Source: Octopus sinensis
Lineage: Eukaryota
Length of the DNA: 24,556 bases
Assembly (NCBI RefSeq): GCF_006345805.1
Contig: NW_021836369.1
Span: forward strand, 1 to 24,556
Direction: 5' to 3'
How positions within the stretch are numbered: position 1 is the first letter of the stretch; every line of letters begins with the position of its first letter. The translations under genes were made by a program, and so were the position numbers. Below, piece after piece: positions 20,413-24,556 of the stretch. Under the pieces are notes generated by a model that was not told where the DNA came from, searched no databases, and saw only the letters and a program-made list of their open reading frames with translations.

Positions 20413-20646
20413 AAAGGCGGCGAGCTGGCAGAATCGTTAGCACGTCGGGCGAAATGCTTAGCTGTATTTCGGCTGCCGTTACGTTCTGAGTTCAAATTTC
20501 GCCGAGGTCGACTTTGCCTTTCATCCTTTCGGGGTCGATAAATTAAGTACCAGTTAAACACTGGGGTCGATATAATCGACTTAATATCTATGTCTGTCCA
20601 TGTTTGTCCCCTCTATGTTTAGCCCCTTGTGGGTAATAAAGAAATA
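20413..20646 (+). mobile_element. Meta-type SINE monomer
   Basis: Family match. 12-bp TSD GGTATTGCACAT at 20401-20412 and 20647-20658. Confidence 0.93.
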
Positions 20647-20849
20647 GGTATTGCACATTTTCGAGTGGTCCCCTACGCTTCTGAAAGGTCGTACCCGTCA
20701 CAGCTAAACACAGGTTTTACTTCAACCGTATAACTGAAACTATTGTTGGACCTCGTTTGGCCCTGCCTGCTTGAGATTCGAAACCGAATCTAGGAATTCT
20801 CCCTAGCCATACGGCCCATTGTCCTGTCAAAAGGGAACGCTGGTCTATG

Positions 20850-21045
20850 TACAGTTCTATATTTAACAGATGGGGAATTATGTACATTATTTACATTATT
20901 TACATTATTTACATTTGACGGATATTTGTCCTCATCTTGTTTGTTGTTAACACAATGTTTCGGCTGATATACCCTCCAGCCTTCATCAGGTGTCTTGGGC
21001 AAATTTTGAACCTGGGTTCTCATTCCTAAGGTAGTTTTCAAAGTT
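20850..21045 (-). mobile_element. Penelope-like terminal-repeat module carrying a hammerhead motif, preceded by (GAT)n(AAT)n
   Basis: Homologous in inverted orientation to 21421-21520; contains the hammerhead core; 3' part has (AATAATGTA)n. Confidence 0.7.
20949..20994 (-). ncRNA. Minimal type I hammerhead ribozyme motif (probably impaired copy)
   Basis: GACAC-CTGATGA-A-GGCTG-GAGGGTATAT-CAGCC-GAAA-CATT-GTGTT: stem I GACAC/GTGTT, stem II GGCTG/CAGCC. The sister copy has GAAACGTT, giving the palindromic stem III. Confidence 0.68.
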
Positions 21046-21099
21046 ATTATTATTATTATTATTATTTATATTAGTATTATTATTATTATTATTATTATT

Positions 21100-21150
<51 letters not shown>

Positions 21151-21167
21151 TCATCATCATCATCATT
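21046..21167. repeat. (ATT)n(ATC)n microsatellite
   Basis: Directly visible. Confidence 0.9.
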
Positions 21168-21520
<353 letters not shown>

Positions 21521-21531
21521 TGTTTTCCAAA

Positions 21532-21691
21532 GGCGCAGGAGTGGCTGTGTGGTAAATAGCTAGCTAACCAACCACATGGTTCCGGGTTCAGTCCCACTGC
21601 GTGGCACCTTGGGCAAGTGTCTTCTACTATAGACTCGAACCGACCAAAGCCTTGTGAGTGGATTTGGTAGACGGAAACTGAAAGAAGCCCG

Positions 21692-21736
<45 letters not shown>

Positions 21737-21957
21737 TATATTTTGTGTGTTTGTGTGTGTCCCCTAACATCGCTTGACAACCGATGCTGGTGTGTTTACG
21801 TCCCCGTAACTTAGCGGTTCGGCAAAAGAGACCTATAGAATAAGTACTAGGCTTACAAAGAATAAGACCTGGGGTCAATTTGCTCGACTAAAGGCGGTGC
21901 TCTAGCCTGGCCGCAGTCAAATGACTGAAACAAGTAAAAGAGTAAATGAGTAAAAGG
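21532..21957 (+). mobile_element. Family B SINE, full length
   Basis: Matches 10044-10455; internal (GT)n. Confidence 0.92.
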
Positions 21958-21992
21958 ATAAATTTATAGATTTGTTTTATTATTATTAAAGA

Positions 21993-22399
21993 CTAGCAGC
22001 ATAGCCCGGTGTTGCCCGGGTATGTAAGAGCCCCTAGTAGGCAACGACTAATCCCATCTAGTCCTTTCCCTCTAGCGAACGAAGGCGCATGTGTAGGTTG
22101 CAATGTCTTCTCTTCACTCGAATACTTCTATGTATACGATGTTCCTAGCTGTCTCCCGACAGAAATGTGTGCATATAAAAAGCTTAGATTCTCGACCCCA
22201 TGTCGAATTTATCGATTTTTTTCAGAACTGGGGAACTTTTCAAAATTTTCTTCGCTGCGTTAGTTTGAATTATGACATTGGGCTTGTGTGTGTGTCAATT
22301 TCCATCAGAATCGGTTGAAAGCCGTGGTCAGGGTGAGGGTACAACCTGACAGACACACAGACACACAGACAGACAAACTGCCGTTTATATATATAGAGA
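21993..22399 (-). mobile_element. Complete non-autonomous Helitron (family H3), 407 bp
   Basis: Minus strand: A|TCTCTATATATATAAACGGCAG start; CCCGGGCAACACCGGGCTATGCTG-CTAG|T end. Confidence 0.9.
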
Positions 22400-22860
22400 T
22401 TTCAATTATGAGTGTTCGATTAAAGTTACTTAAATCATAAAACTCCAATTATGATAAAGATTGCAATCACGTTTTCAATTTCATTCCTTCAAGTTATCAA
22501 AAGCGCGTCACTCGTATAAATTGCTAAATATATTGAAACGATATTTTAAACAAGAATTTGTGGAAGAAGAATATAATTTATTGACTTCAGTCCATTTAAC
22601 TGTGGCATCTATGTGTCATGTGATTCAACCGATTGCTAACTGGAAAGTATTGTATCGATCTTAGCAAAACAGTTCCGCTGTGGCCATTTGTTCCGCTGTG
22701 GCTCAATTGCACTTCAAGACACGTTCACCAAGTGTTCTTCTGGTGATGTTCTTTCTTCGTGTGTGTTAGTATGCACGTATGTATATATGTATGTGTGTGT
22801 GTGCGTGCGTATATATAAATATATATCTGAGGGGGTGCATACATACATACATATATATAT

Positions 22861-22872
22861 AGACAGACAGAC

Positions 22873-22960
<88 letters not shown>

Positions 22961-22985
22961 TGATAGATTTAGATTTAGATTTAGA
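22861..22985. repeat. (GACA)n(GATA)n then (AGATTT)n
   Basis: Directly visible. Confidence 0.92.
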
Positions 22986-23002
22986 TTAAGAACATTACTA
23001 TA

Positions 23003-24340
23003 CGAGGGGCATTCAATAAGTAATGCCCCTGACCCACTTGCAGTTGTTTTGATCTAGCTGAAATTTTGCATGTGCACTTATTTATACTGCTCGAACTAAT
23101 TGTGGTTTCTGATTTACAGGTTGACTGAGTTCCAAGTCAGTGTGAAATGGAGCCTGTTGAGTGTCGAGCAGTGATCTGGTTTTTGTATTTGAAAGAAGCC
23201 ACACCACGGGAGACTTTTGATGAAATGAAAGTAACTTATGGTGATGATGCCCCATCATATGACCTTGTAAAACGCTGGCATTGTGAATTCAAACTAACTT
23301 CAACTGTGGAAACAGCTCCCAGATCTGGTCGCCCCTTTCTGCCGTTGATGAGACCTTGTAAAACGCTGGCATTGTGAATTCAAACTAACTTCAACTGTGG
23401 AAACAGCTCCCAGATCTGGTCGCCCCTTTCTGCCGTTGATGAGACGTCTGTCCGTCAAGTTGAGGCTGCCATTTGGAAGGTCAACGCATAACTATTCGCC
23501 AAATAGCCCATAAGGTCAAGATTAGTACCGGGTCTGTGGAAACCTCATTCATTACCATTTGCATATGCAAAAGGTGTCTGCCAGATGGATTTCCAGGTTG
23601 CTCACACCTTTCCAGAAGCAAGAACGCGTTGAGTGCTCGAGGATGAATTTGGAGATGTTCCAAGAAGATGAGTCAAAATTTTTCAAAAGACTGATCACAC
23701 AGGATAAAACCTGGGTCCATCACAATGATCCATAGACCAAGCCCAGTCAATGAAGTGTGAAAGCACCGTGTCTCACCTCCTCCAAAGAAGGCAAGGTGCA
23801 GCCCTCCGCTGACAAGGTTATGCTCACAGTCTTCTGGGACCAGGACGGAGTAGTAGTGATGACAGATTTCCTGGCAAAGGTTCCCACAATTACAGGAGCC
23901 TATTATGCTTCACTTTTGAGGAGGAATTAAGAGAAGCTATCAAAATCAAGAGGCGGGGCAAGATTAGCAAAGGCATCCTCCTCCTGCAGGACAACGCTCC
24001 GATCCACAACTCGCGTGTCGCCAGATCAGAAGCACAGGCGTGCAGCTATGAACTCCTCCCCTTGCACCCTCTGATTTTCACCTCTTCCCAGCCATTAAGT
24101 TGATTTTGAAATGAAAGCGTTTCCCAGATGATGCAGCCTTGATTTCTGAAGTCATGTCGTGGTTGGAGGACCAAGCTGGGGTCTTCTACAAAAACGGTCT
24201 CCAGAGCTGTATCAAACGATGAGAGAAATGCATAACTCTGGGTAGTTCCTATGTAGGAAAAGACTAATAACTGTGCCAAGTGTCGTTGCTCTACTGCTAT
24301 GGGAAGTGGGTCAGGGGCATTACTTATTGAACGCCCCTCG
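23003..24340 (+). mobile_element. Full-length mariner transposon (irritans-like), decayed
   Basis: 37-bp TIRs CGAGGGGC(A/G)TTCAATAAGTAATGCCCCTGACCCACTT, 36/37 identical; TA duplication at 23001-23002 and 24341-24342. Confidence 0.96.
23147..24267 (+). pseudogene. Mariner DD34D-type transposase pseudogene
   Basis: MEPVECRAVIWFLYLK..PRSGRP..SARWISRLLT..ITQDKTWVH..KVMLTVFWD..LLQDNAP..LAPSDFHLF..RWEKC-like end. Frameshifts, stops, loss of HPPYSPD and a 91-bp duplication. Confidence 0.93.
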
Positions 24341-24556
24341 TACATAAATGCCTCACGCTAAGAGGGACTCTTAAAGTCAAAACTAGTTTTGACTTTAAGA
24401 GTCCCTCCTAGAGTGAGGCATTTATGTATAGTAATGCCCTTAATATAAACAAATATATTTAAAGGGAATAATTGATAAATTTTTCCCTAATGAGTTTTTT
24501 CACGCTAACTCCTTGATAAATTCTTATAAAGATTTTATCCTATTTTAAATTTTATA

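Larger units (their letters stand above)
22990..24439. mobile_element. 110-bp spacer-less palindromic MITE with TTAA flanks, split by the mariner
   Basis: 22990-23002 joined to 24343-24439 gives two 55-bp arms centred at 24384/24385 (4 mismatches); TTAA at 22986-22989 and 24440-24443. Confidence 0.85.

Overview
Eukaryotic, AT-rich, repeat-saturated intronic or intergenic DNA. The SINE families look like those I recall from octopus genomes; that is recall, not a search result. No intact host gene is supported, and the long ORFs in the track are microsatellite read-throughs or decayed transposon fragments. The window holds four families of tRNA-headed SINEs (Meta-domain type in monomers and 184-bp multimers, CORE-like with an internal microsatellite, V-domain type, Deu/Nin-like). 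It also holds fragments of R4/Dong (RT and REL nuclease), RTE and one further LINE, five non-autonomous Helitrons, a Tigger/pogo derivative with two nested Helitrons, and a full-length decayed mariner inserted into a 110-bp palindromic MITE. The most unusual signal is at 20850-21520: two head-to-head copies of a repeat whose 3' module carries a Penelope-type minimal hammerhead ribozyme motif, one of them fused behind a tRNA-derived Pol III head. Coordinates were counted by hand; boundaries of old elements are approximate.
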